Made by a program: the position numbers and the translations under genes | Part shown: positions 51,478 to 63,688 of the stretch, in pieces | How the letters are laid out: each line of letters opens with the position of its first letter | Position numbering within the stretch: position 1 is the stretch's first letter | Notes under the pieces: generated by a model | The model's input: only the letters and a program-made list of their open reading frames with translations | Database searches by the model: none | What the model was told of the DNA's origin: nothing | NCBI RefSeq assembly: GCF_006345805.1 | Contig: NC_043001.1 | Span: 25,854,001-25,918,000 of the forward strand | Direction: 5' to 3' | DNA from: Octopus sinensis | Lineage: Eukaryota | Length of the DNA stretch: 64,000 nt

Positions 51478-52046
51478 CACTCTCTCGGAGTGGTTGGCGT
51501 TAGGAAGGGCATCCAGCTGTAGAAACTCTGCCAGATCAAGATTGGAGCCTGCTGCAGCCGTCTAGTTCGCCAGCCCTCAGTCAAATCGTCCAACCCATGC
51601 TAGCATGGAAAGTGGACGTTAAACGATGATGATGATGATATATGTGTGTGTGTGTGTGTTTGTGCCCTATCACTACTTGACAACTGGTACTGATTTGTTT
51701 ATGTCTCTGTAACTTGGTGATTCAGCAAAAGAGATTGAAAAATTAAGTACAAGGCTTAAAAAATAAGTAATGGGGTTAATTTGTTCAACTAAAACCTTCA
51801 AGGCAGTGCCCCAGCATGGCTGCGGTCCAATGATTGGAACAAGTAAAATGTAGAAAGTAACATAATCTCTGTCTGTTGTGGAAATTTTTATAGATGGATC
51901 CTACTTCTGTCAAATGTATATGTTTTATGTCTTTTAGTTTTACATTTAGGTGGTACCTGAGCTAAATGATGTTTGTTATCTGAGATAAAGGCATTTCTAC
52001 TTGAAAATTCTGTATATTAATATTTGAATATTATTTTTAATTTCAG

Positions 52047-52234
52047 TTTTTGACTGGGTCTGGGATGAAGATTCTAAATCTTCTGCTTGCTTACTGAAGC
52101 AAGACCACAGAGAAGTATTATTTCACATGGACTATAGCTGTGGCACAGCTGCCGTACGGGGTACTACCCCAATGAAAGACAATCAACATTACTGGGAAGT
52201 GAAAATGACCTCCACAGTCTATGGCACTGATATG
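52047..52234 (+). CDS. SPSB3: SPSB3 coding exon 2 (FFDWVWDED...[15 protein letters not shown]...[16 protein letters not shown])
   Basis: Close match to SPSB3 SPRY motifs ([27 protein letters not shown]); AG/GT boundaries, phase 1 to 0. Confidence 0.96.
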
Positions 52235-52779
52235 GTAACAACATCCATTTACTTTTGAATCTATATCTTACGTTGCCTTTATGATTTGAATGATTTAATC
52301 TTATTCATTTGGTACAGCTAATTATATTAGAAAAGCACAGAATTCTAATTACATTTAGGGAATTAACTTGCATGTTTTATTCAGAACTGGTTTTATTTTT
52401 TTAAACCTAATCAAAGTCAGGTATTTTTGTGGGAAAAAATAAATTGAGAAGTCGTACAGTAAATAACACTTCTTGACGACTCTGTATTAGTCAGTCTTGT
52501 TCAGAGGAACTTAAGTTGTTGCAGTTTATTAGAAGAGATGAAGAGAAGGCAGAAGTTAAAGGATACCAAGAAGAAAAGGTTTACAGATAAGTCAAGTAGT
52601 CTTTTATTGATTTATATTAAGAATATCACTAACTGAAGACAGTTCTTTTCTGTAGTTTCAGTGTTTCCATTTCAGAAATAATTTAGAACAGAGACAAGTA
52701 AGTATTAAAGGAAGTTCAACTCACCTATTGTAACTACTTTGTAATTAGCTTAATATAACTGAGTCTGTTAGTTAATATA

Positions 52780-54012
52780 TTAGGTTGTCCGGAAAGTTCA
52801 TGCCAATTTTTAGTCATTCATGTTCCAACACGTTAGAACATGTCAAATTTATTGACACACATAATATGCTTACATTTCCAGTTAGCGCACACTTCAAACT
52901 ATCTCTTGAGAAGGAAAGTTTAAAATTACTTAATTCATGTCAATTTTGCATCCCTATGAAAATGGAAGATTATAAGGTATTTTAGACACTTGATGACTGT
53001 AAAGGCAAAAATGCCTTGCAAGCAACAAAAAAGATATGTGCTGTGTACAGTGAAGTTGTTTTAGCTGACAGAACTGTACTGAAGTGGTTCACTATGTTTA
53101 GAGTTGGTGATTGTAGCCTTATTGATGAAGAATACTCAGGCAGACCCCACTTCGGATGATGACCAAATCAAGACATTGAAAATAACCTGCATTACACAAC
53201 ATGGAAATTGGCAGAAACACTATATTTATCGAAATCCACCATCCGTGAGTGCTTAGTGAAGCTTGGGTACTCAAATTGCTATGATGTTTGGGTATCACAT
53301 GATATGAATGAAATGAATCTTTTGGATTGCATTTCTATCTGTGATTTGCTGTATTAACACTATGAAAATGCTCCCTTTTTGAAGCAAATTGTGATAGGTA
53401 ACGAGAAATGGATTGTTTACAAAAATGTTCAGTGAAAAAAGATCCTGGGGTAAGTGACATGAGCCACCTTTAGCGACCCCAAAAGCAGGTCTTCATCCTA
53501 AGAGAGTTATGCTCTGTATCTGGTGGGCTTGGAAAGGAATCCTGTATGACGGGCTTCTGCCAAGTAACGAGTCAATTAATTCTGAGAAATACTGCTCACA
53601 ACTGGACGATTGAAAGGTAGCAATTCAAGAAAAGTGCCCAGAATTGGTAAACAGGAAAGGTGTTGTTTTCCATCAGGATAATGCCAGACCTCACGTTTTT
53701 TGACAACTTGTCAAAAATTGTCAAAAATCGCCAGACATTGCTCTTTAGGATTTTCATTTATTCAAGTCCTTGCAAAATAATCTCAATGGTAAAAATTTTA
53801 ATTCTTTGGAGGATATAAAAAACCACCTTAATGAGTTCTTTGCCAAGAAACCACTGAAATTCTGGGAAGACAATCTTTAAGTTGAAGGAAAGCTGGAGAA
53901 AGATTGTGCAACAAAATGGTTCGTATTTAGTTGAATAAATATTTAATGGCATAATTTTGTTTTGTCTTTTAATTTCCCTTAAAAATCGGCATGAACTTTC
54001 CAGACAACCCAA
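52780..54012 (+). mobile_element. Near-full-length (1233 bp) degenerate mariner in SPSB3 intron 2
   Basis: TIRs TTAGGTTGTCCGGAAAGTTCATGCC / GGCATGAACTTTCCAGACAACCCAA with TA flanks; broken transposase (WVSH, IVIGNEKWIVY, HPKRVMLCIWW, FHQDNARPH). Same TIR family as 13123-13688. Confidence 0.92.
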
Positions 54013-54709
54013 TAGATATATTTATGGTCTCAAAATAACTTCAGTGTTATCAACTCTATGGGAGTCATTGACAGAAATTTAAATCATTTCACTATTGAAA
54101 TGATTTAAAACATTGAAATATTCTGGCAGTGACTATTTCATTGACAGCATTTCACGTTCTGAATTAAAATGATATTAAAGTGTTTTGCATGGATAAATTT
54201 GAGGAATTACGGAGATGTACTTGCATAGCAAGTGACCTTATCCGAGATCATGTGCTGGAAGGAAAAAAAAATTTGAGGAAGTTTTGCTTAATACATAGTG
54301 GGTGTTTTTTTTTTTGCAATAGACAGTTTTTTTCTCTTGGCTGCATGTTTATATAATTGTGCATACATTCATGCATCCTTACCTGTATTTATGTGTGTGT
54401 GTATCAACAAAATGCAAAATTTACTATCTTGTCTGTTGCATTCTACTGAGACTACAGTGTATCAAAAAGTTGTTGAGCTGTCAGTTATGCCATTTACAAT
54501 CTGTAGTGAACATTTCTTTGTGAGACCACAATGGCATAACTGGCAGCTCAACAACTTTTAGAGCGAAGCAGTGCTCTAGAACTACCAAAAGAATTCTGCA
54601 ATACCTGTAATCAGGGTTTTACCAGTACCTTCAGTTTACAATTCCATGAAAGAAAAAGACTTTGTTGTTAAAGGGCCAGTGCCCTTTGTATGTGTGTGTG
54701 TGTTTATAT

Positions 54710-54742
<33 letters not shown>

Positions 54743-54900
54743 CTTTAATTAAAGCAGCAGAAAATTCAACAAAATCTGTTACTCTGAGTTTCTCGTTGCT
54801 GTTCATCAGACAGTTTTTGCTAGCAAAAACTGTCTGATGAACGGCAATGAGAAACTCAGAGTAACAGATTTTGTTGAATTTTCTGCTGCTTTAAATAAAG
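54743..54900. repeat. Spacerless ~158-bp palindrome (inverted Penelope-type pLTR) in a (CA)n/(TA)n context
   Basis: Arms mirror about GCT|AGC (54821/54822) with 3 mismatches; the right arm continues as unique sequence to about 54970. Confidence 0.9.
54830..54867 (+). ncRNA. Minimal hammerhead-like ribozyme (mirror copy on the minus strand at 54776-54813)
   Basis: CUGU / CUGAUGA / A-CG-GCAA-UG-A / GAAA / C-UCAGA-GU-A / ACAG: stem I CUGU:ACAG, GNRA-capped 2-bp stem II, near-palindromic stem III ACUC-A-GAGU, GUA cleavage triplet. Confidence 0.6.
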
Positions 54901-55726
54901 CATATTACTCTACCACTGGTATTTGAGTACTCTTTTTTCCACCTTGTTTCACATTTATGTGTTTACTCCAGTATATATATATATATTATATATATATATA
55001 TATATAGGTGAGTTAAGTTAGAGGTTATAACAACCATCTAAGGTATACTTGTATCCAATGAATCAACTGGCGTATTACCTATATTTAATCACGAGCATTA
55101 GTATTAATGCTCAAAATGATAGGTAATGACAAGAATAAATGAAAGTTTAACAGTATTCAAGGACAACAGGAAATGGAGGTAAAATTGATGAATAACGATT
55201 GATCTGCACCAATTGTAATTAATTACAAAAAGACAGAATCTCATCTTGCAGCTGTTTCTGTTAGTGCTAATGGACACAGCTGTAGGATGAGATTCTGTGT
55301 TTTTGTAATTAATGAGTAAATGATAATTAGTGTAGATCAATTATTATTCATCAATTTTATTTCCATTTTCTGTTTTCCTTACACACACACACACACACAT
55401 ACATGACTGGAGCCAATGAGCTGGAGAGGTGCATCAAGTTTCAGTTTGATTTGACATGATTTCTACAGTTGGATGCCCTTCCAAATGCCAACTACTCCAG
55501 GAGTGTAATGGGTACTTTTACATGCCACTGGCACAGGTGCCATTTATATGACACTGGCAATGACCATAACGATTCATGGGTGCCCTTTACATGGTACTAT
55601 CAACAACCACCACTATGATACACAGGTGCTACATGTGTGTGTGTGTATGAGAAACTCTCTTCTGCTGCTATCAAGTCATACATGATTATGAGTGGCAGCC
55701 AATAATAATAATAATAATAATAATAA

Positions 55727-56262
55727 TTGCAGTACCAGGCAGTGGCTCTCATGGCTTCTGATCTTAACTGATTGGAAGTGTTATCATGTACATTGTTTTG
55801 TCTTGGTATAAAAGATGGGCTACAGCAAATATCCTGCTCAATACCACAGATTTTCTTGTCAGTTGTTTGACCTTTACCAGTTGAGCATCTCCCTTAGTGG
55901 CTGACGATATGTGCATCTCTGACCACAAGCAGCAGTAGTGGGGGAGCATCATAGCCATGTGTTGAGAGGAATTCTTTGGGGTTTGGATAATTCACCTTTG
56001 GAAACATCCCTAAACAACCCTTATTCAGGGACCTTTTGAGTAGGATGGGCTACTCAACCAGAAGAAAATTCTAACTGGGCCCCACCTGCAAGATCATGTG
56101 CTGTTTGTTTTGATACGAGATCGCCATGTTGCACACACATGGTTGTGATGCATGTGACTGGTGTACTCTTATTGGACAGGTAGTCATGATGGGTATACTG
56201 GGCTTCGTATATTTTTACCCTAGTGTCACTTTGATGGCATGCACTTCTCTCTCACTCAATAA
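55727..56262. mobile_element. Second copy of family D element in (AAT)n
   Basis: Aligns by eye to 14200-14755 with one short internal deletion. Confidence 0.8.
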
Positions 56263-56489
56263 TAATAATAATAATAATGTTTGATGAATATGGAAAATGT
56301 GTGAGAGGAAAAAAATCTACCCCAAATGTAGTAAACAGATGGATGAGCTAAGCAGCATGTCCATCTGGGATAGTTGCTGAGATACTGAAAATATCTAGTG
56401 AAGTAAGGCTTAAGATACTCATACAGATTGTTAACCAAGAAATACAAAGAAGTACCAAAGAGAAGACTTGCATAAATATATAACAATCA

Positions 56490-57525
56490 GCTACTACAAG
56501 AACAAAGGAGATACTATAGAAACAAGCTTCTAAAGAAGTGTCAAACTGATGGATTGAATTATGAAAATAACAGAATGAATCTTAGCACAAGTGATTAGGG
56601 AGACAATTAGATGAGATGCAGCTCAGATTTATGTTAGAAGAGGGAACTATTAATAACCACTTCATAGTGCAACAACTGCAAGAGAAGTTTTTAACTGAAA
56701 GTAAGCCCCTCTAAGTTTTGTTTCTGCATCTGGAATTTCTTCTGTATATCTTCTATAGTCTCTGCTGTTAGTACTAGGTCGTCAGTGTATAGAAGTTCCC
56801 AAAGATAACTGGTCTTAAACTTCTCTGTTAGGCTTGCAAAGCTATAATAGATATGAGAGGGATGAGTACTGAGCTTTGATGAATACCCTCCTGTACACTA
56901 AATTCCTCACTGTCAACTCTCTTTATTGATTGCATCTGTCTACATGATCTGGAGAGGATCTTTGATGGGGTATCATGATCAGAAGTCGGATGGTCTTCAA
57001 GAAAACTAGGCATAGCGGAATGGCTTGTGAAAGTTATATAAGCCATGTAGAGAGATGTCAACAAAATAAAAGTTGGCAACAAGTCTACTATCAATGACAT
57101 ATGATTGTAAAATGGGGTATTGAATGCAGAGGATAAGTGAAGGCTGCAAAGAAAAAGTGCAAGCATGTTCTCCACTGGATGTGTAAGGTTAATGTGAATG
57201 AGCCACAGGGTAGAGATGAGCAGAGAGAAAATCTGAGTGTACGAGGAATCAGATGTAGTGTGCAAGAGAGATTATATTGGCACAAACATGTAGTAATGTG
57301 TATGAATGATAATAATTGGGTAATGAAGTGCCAAGAGAGCCGAATGGAAAGAAACTTCTAAAGAGGAAGGCTGAGAAATATATGAAGAGGTGAAAGCTAA
57401 TCTTAGGTTGCTGAATCTCATGAAGGAGATGACAAGCAAACATGACAAGCAGAGAGACAGTGTGTTGGAGAGGACCCGTATAACCCATGCAAGCATGGTA
57501 AAATAGGTCTTCAATGATGATGTTT
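56490..57525 (+). mobile_element. RTE LINE fragment with an inverted internal RT block (56713-56945) and 3' end matching the family A tail
   Basis: Sense LDEMQLRFM...QQLQEKFL...KPL; antisense SEEFSVQEGIHQSSVL...LLYTDDLVL; sense DLERIFD...RKLGIAEWLV; 3' end AACCCATGCAAGCATGGTAAAA...ATGATGATG. Confidence 0.8.
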
Positions 57526-57878
57526 ATAGTTATATATACATATAGTCATCTATGTAGCATATTTAATGTATACACATTGTTGACAGGCCAGTTACTGCAG
57601 AATTTATCCTGAGAAATGCCTTATGGACTTGCTATGTTAAGAATGCAATAAATATCAAAAAGAAATTAAATTCATCCCAGCAGCTAAAGGGTGCACCAAA
57701 TACACTTTGACCTTTTGGGGCCTTTTTCAATGGTGGTTACTTGTAGTAAGCCGCATACTTATCTGAGCAGCAAATCAATAAGAGATGTTATCTCAGGACA
57801 AATACTGCACTAACTGGCCCACAGATTTACTGCAGTATTTGTCCTGCTTTAAGTATGATATATAAATAGCTATTTTAA

Positions 57879-58098
57879 CCCTTTAGTTTTCAGATTACTC
57901 TGCTAAATGTAAGGCTTATCTATATACATTGTTTTGAATTGACCATGCATTATTGTGTAGCTCAAAGATTTTGAGAATGTGATTGTATATTTTTAGAATA
58001 GCATGGTGGGATAGGTGTGAGAGGGTGACTGTAGCCAGTTTGAACATAAAATGGGTAGAATATTTGGGCTCAATATGACTGGTTTAAATGCTAAAGGG
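57879..58098. mobile_element. piggyBac-type MITE, second family
   Basis: TTAA-CCCTTTAG ... CTAAAGGG-TGAA (one TTAA mutated); a truncated reverse copy lies at about 10025-10180. Confidence 0.7.
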
Positions 58099-58323
58099 TG
58101 AATTAAATACTGCTTCAGGTGTGTATACTAGTTTTTTTTTTATCAGCTGAGCTGGTAATCACAACACCAGGAGCATTTTATTCAGTTTCTCCTATAGCAA
58201 AGACAGTGAATTCTTGTCTAAGCATGTGGCTTACATGATATTTTCATTAATTGTATGTCTGTTTAAAATTAGCTTGTTCTGTGTCCTATTGTCTTTAATA
58301 AAAATTGTTACTTTTCTTTTCAG

Positions 58324-58552
58324 ATGGTTGGAGTTGGAACACAGAGTATTGACTTGGACAAATATCGTCATGCATTTTGTAGCTTGCTGGGTAGAGACGA
58401 GGACAGTTGGGGTTTGTCTTACACAGGTGTCACGCATCACAAGGCTCAGAAAGAACTATACACATCTAAATTTGGCCAAGGAGATATCATTGGGGTCCAT
58501 CTTGATATGTGGCATGGAACAATGTCATTTTATAAAAACAGAAGACCTTTAG
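58324..58552 (+). CDS. SPSB3: SPSB3 coding exon 3 ([35 protein letters not shown]...[20 protein letters not shown])
   Basis: Close match to the SPSB3 SPRY core; TTTTCAG acceptor, G|GTAGGT donor, phase 0 to 1. Confidence 0.97.
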
Positions 58553-61500
58553 GTAGGTTTCAGTTTTTATTGCTCATCATCATCATTGTTTAACGTCCGC
58601 CTTCCATGCTGGCATGGGTGGGACGGTTTGACAAGAGCTGGCCAGACAGAAGCCTGCACCAGACTTCTGTAACTGTTTTGGCAGGATTTTAACAACTGGA
58701 GGCCCTTTCTAACACCAACCACTCAGCTGAGTGGACTTAGTGCTTTTTGTGTGGCACAAGCACAGGCGTGGTCAGTTTCGGCAAGGTTTTTACAGCTGGT
58801 TGCCCTTCTAAATGCCAACCACTTTTCAGTGTGGACTAGGTGCTTTTAAGTGGCACCTGCACTGACAGGGTCACCAAGGACTTGCAAGACAATAAAAAGA
58901 GGAAAAAAGCTCTTTTGAGAGGGGAGGGGGCATTGGAGAAGGTGGTCTTGTGTCGGATGATGATAGGTTATAGTGCAGCTGAGAAATAGGAACAGGTGTC
59001 TTGCTGTAGAGGAGGTACAAGGTTACCTGGCCAGAGAGAGAGAGAGAGAGATCAGGAATGAAGACAGAAACAGGTGTACTGTTGCAAAGGAAATACATGG
59101 TTACCCAACCTGAAGGAAGTGCAGGAGAAGGAGAGAGAGAGAGAAAGAGAGTGGGAGACTGCATGATAGAGATGGTGGCAAAGTACCTGGCATACCATAC
59201 GCACTGATACGGTGAGACAGGGCATGGGTGGAACACAGGTTGGAAGCTAGTGGAAAGCAGTGATACAGTAGCACAGGACCAAGAGGACAGGATTGGAGAG
59301 TGTGAGGTAAACTGAGTAAAGGGTAGATTATTCATGATTATCACTACCATCAACTTATCAACACCGTTATCACTATCAAAGTACTAGCTCAGAGGGAAAG
59401 AAGTTATTGTAAGATTTAAGAAAGAAGAAAGGACATTGTGTTGGCAGGCTAGTAGATTACTGGGTATTGAGCTACTTATTACCGCCTCAACATTTCCATA
59501 CCAGTCAGGTCAATCATGGATGTTTATATATGCAGCCGTTGCTTTGAACCAGATATATGAATATTGCTCTCGTGTGAGACACACATGTGCCTTGTACAGG
59601 TTCAGAAATTGTTCCTGGGAACTGAAGTGGAAGACTCTCCTTTGAAACAGCAGTTTGTTGTTCAGTAATAATAGGGTTTATTGCAGTGATGTATGTGTAG
59701 TGACTATGGCTTGGTGCTGATGGATTAGATTAGTTATTCATAACTCCATCACAATTTAATTTCTATTAATAGATTTTATTCATACCCAATGAGAAATGTT
59801 TAGGTTTGTATGTGGATGAAAGCTGTAACCAAAAACATCAGTAATTAGTAAAAAGTGGTATAATCTACAGAGGTGTATATGGATAATGGTAATCGCCAGC
59901 ATTTCCTTAATGAACAGAATGAAGAGTGTCTGAGATATAATCACAGCCTGTGCCATGTATGACTTAATGTAATATGAGTTTAAGAAAGCCCAATTAAATG
60001 ACATTTCTTATATGAGACTAAGTGGCAAGAGAGGATCTTTTTATGTTTGTTCATGTGATTAGGTTCAAACATTTGTACATATGTTTTACAAATATGTGGT
60101 ACTTTACAGAAAAACGCAATTGTCAGTCCAAAAGTTGAGTTCTTTCTTGAAAAACTTTTACATTTTCATATTTTATTCTAAAATAAAATGAAGGCTTGTA
60201 ATGAAATGTCATCATTATTGAGTATAACTTTATGCATTATGCATGTTTAATTTGACTACAAAGTAAATGAAAATTAAAGTTCGGATTAAATAGATGAAAC
60301 AATTCTAAATATATTTTATCTGAATGTGGCCAAATGTACGAAACATTGGTTTATTTCATATTCTGAATCATTACACATCAGGCAAAATGCTTAGCAACAT
60401 TTGAGTTCAAATTCAACTAAGGTCGACTTTGCCTTTCATCCCTTCAAGTCAATAGAATAAATGCCAATAAAAATACTGGGGTCAATATAATTGATTTATG
60501 CCCTCCCCTAAAATTTTTGGTGTTGTGCCAAAATTTGAAACTATTATATGTTGGACTGGTTTGGCAAGAAACCACCAATCTAAGACATCAGTTGGATTGT
60601 GTGAGATGTAATCAGGGTATTAGTGGTATAAAGAGTGATACATTTGTTTTACCAAAGTAATTTGGGTCAAGAAATATACTTTGTGTGACACAGAAGAGCA
60701 ATTCTCTGGGAGATTTATCTACCTTTAGCTCGTCATTAATATCCTTTTACCCCACAAAATGACTTTGTTTTGCATTTCATGAAGGTCTTCTAGGATCCTA
60801 GCTGATACACAATAGCTGTTAGCTGATCCCTTAACTACCTAATATAATAAGCATCACTCCAGACTTGATTTTCATTATACGTAGATGATCTTTCTGATAA
60901 TCATGTATAACTGTCATAGACTATTTTAGAAGAACCAATTGAGTTGTCTCCACCTTAATTCTTGTTTGCTTAGATTTGGAATACTTAGTTAATAAAAGAA
61001 TGGAGGGACGTCAGGCGAAATGCTTAGCGGTATTTTGTCTGTTTTTACATTTTGAGGTCAAATTCCACCGAGGTTGGCTTTGCCTTTCATCCTTTTGGAG
61101 TCGATAAATTAAGTACCAGTTGCGTACTGGGGTCAATCTAATCGACTGGCCCCCACCCAAAAAAATGTTGGGCCTTGCGTCTTGAGTAGAAAAGAATAAA
61201 AGAATGGATGGAGAATAGTTTGAATGATTGATGCTTATAAAATTGTTGTTGGAATCCAGTATATACAAGTGAGGTCATATTAGATTAGAATAGCCATCTG
61301 TGTATCATAGTTCATGTATATACATCATTAATTGGCTAGTTACTATAGTATTCGTCATGAAATAACACCTCTTACAGATGTGCTATGTTAAAAAAGTACT
61401 AAATATTAGAGGGGGACAAAATTCGCCCCAGCAACAGCCAACAAGAATGCCAGATTTTGGCTTTTTTTTTAGGCCTTTTCAATGAAATGTTCTTGCATCT

Positions 61501-62365
61501 AGCCTCATGGAATTTTTGCATGATTATTTTCCTTAGAGTAATTATTTTTGTGTGTGAGTGTTACTTAGATTTGTCAAATAAATCAACACAGAAATAAAAA
61601 CATAAATAAAATGTTATGTGTTGGAAAAACACACCCCTTAAGGATAAATTGTATTTTTTGACAAACAAATCTAAAAAGATACATATTCTCTCTACATAAC
61701 ACTTGCAGAGTTGGAATTTAATAAAATGCCATTTGTATGTGAACATAAAACAACAAAAACTATGTTAAAAAGGAAGTTAATATGTCAATCTAATATTTTA
61801 GTGTTAGCTACGGTGGTGAGCTGGCAGAGTCGTTAGCACACTGGACAAAATGCTTAGCAGTATTTTGTCCATTTTTACATTCTGAGTTCAAATTCCACCA
61901 AGGCCGACTTTGCCATTCAGCCTTTTGGCATTGAAAAAATAAGTACCAGTTGAACACTGAGGTCAATGTAATTAACTTACCCTCTCCCCAAGATTGCTGG
62001 CCTTATGTAAAAATTTGAACTCAGTATATAAATCTATATACTGAGGAATTGAAAAGTTTGACCAAATCTTGAATTAGCAAACCTGGATCTTTCTTAAAAA
62101 ATAATGGAATTACTTGAATTGTTAATCTTGCTTTTTCATAAAAAAAAACAAACTCTGTATTCTGGATAGTTTAATTTCTTTTTGTCATTTGCTGCCATAT
62201 ATTTGTTCATGTGATTAGGTTCAAACATTTGTACATATGTTTTACAAATATGTGGTATTTTACAGAAAAATGCAATTGTCAGTCCAAAAATTAAGTCCTT
62301 TCTTGAAAGACTTTTACATTTTCATATTTCATTCTAAAATAAAATGAAGGCTTGTAATGAAATGT

Positions 62366-62910
62366 ACTTACTTGTACTTGTGACGGCATTCACCCAGGGC
62401 GGGTTGAGCCGGCTTCTTCTCTGGTCCTAACGGCATCACGAACCATGGTGGCCCATGCTCGCTGGTCCTGTGCGAGGTCACTGGAGATAGTGAGCCATTC
62501 GCGATACCATCTGCGGACCTGAGAGTTCGGAGAGGTCCTCCTTTATCGTCGTTGCCCAGGTCTTCAGCTGCCCGCCCGTGCGTTTGCGCCAGCTGGGAAG
62601 TGGAGGTAGGAGGAGGATATCGCGAATCAGTTCACCCTCTGGACGCCAGGCCGCATGACCGAACCACCTTAAGCACTGCTGTACAAGCACCGAAGGGAGG
62701 GGCCGGAGATTCAGGCGATGACGAAGACCGGCTGTAGGAACCTGATCAATGCGTTGGCAGCGAAGAATGTGGCGGAGACAATCATTGTCGAACATCTCCA
62801 GCCTTCACTGATCGACTACCCTCATAGGCCATGTTTCACAACCATAGAGGAGGATAGTACGAACGACAGCCTGGTATATTTGTCCTTTGGTCACCGAGGA
62901 GATCTCCTCA
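62366..62910 (-). mobile_element. RTE-clade LINE 3' fragment, GC-rich, with 12-bp TSD
   Basis: ORF 62478-62795 (CLRHILR...LRWFGHAAWRPEGELIRDIL...WRKRTGGQLKTW); tail CAAGTACAAGTAAGT; TSD GTAATGAAATGT at 62354-62365 and 62911-62922. Confidence 0.9.
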
Positions 62911-62978
62911 GTAATGAAATGTCATCATTATTGAGTATAACTTTATGCATGTTTAATTTGACTACACAGTAAATGAAA

Positions 62979-63294
62979 ATTAAAGTTCGGATTAAATAGA
63001 TGAAGCAATTCTAAATATATTTTATCTGAATGTGGCCAGCTGTATGAAACATTATTTTATTTCACATTCTGAAGAGGTTGTGCATGAATTTTTGATTAAT
63101 TGGGAAATTGTTTTAAAATGATTTTAAAGTATTGTAATTAAAGTTTGGATTAAATAGATGAAGCAATTCTAAATATATTTTATTTGAATATGGCCAGCTG
63201 TATGAAACATTATTTTATTTCACATTCTGAAGAGGTTTTGCATGAATTTTTGATTAATTGGGAAATTGTTTTAAAATGATTTTAAAGTATTGTA
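62979..63294. repeat. Tandem duplication, 2 x 158 bp, directly upstream of the SPSB3 last-exon acceptor
   Basis: TAAAGTT(C/T)GGATTAAATAGATGAAGCAATTC starts at 62981 and again at 63139. Confidence 0.9.
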
Positions 63295-63314
63295 TTTATT
63301 TTCTATATCTATAG

Positions 63315-63688
63315 GTATTGCATACAAAGGACTTCAAGGAAAAAACTTATACCCAGTTGTATCCTCCACAGCTGCTCGAAGTGGTATGAAAGTGGTCAGA
63401 TGTCAGTCATTTCCAACATCTCTTCAATTCATGTGTTGCCAAATCTTACGCACACATATCCCAAGCCACATGGATGTTTTAGAAGTTGTAGATTTGCCTC
63501 CTGGTTTGCGAACTTTCCTCCACGACAAAGTTGGTTGGCTACTGCAATCCTGTCGTTTATCTGTCAAAGATGTTGTAACTGCTGGTTCAAAACGACCATG
63601 TCAATCTCCTTATGGATATTATGAAGATGATGATCGGCGGAAAAGGCGCTGCTTATGGCCTGTTAACTCATTGCCAGAACCATCTTAA
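63315..63688 (+). CDS. SPSB3: SPSB3 coding exon 4 (end of SPRY, SOCS box SLQFMCCQILR...LPPGLRTFL, C-terminal extension)
   Basis: YPVVSSTAARSGMKV and SOCS-box motifs; acceptor CTATAG phase 1; the joined CDS of 514+188+229+374 = 1305 nt is in frame. Confidence 0.95.
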
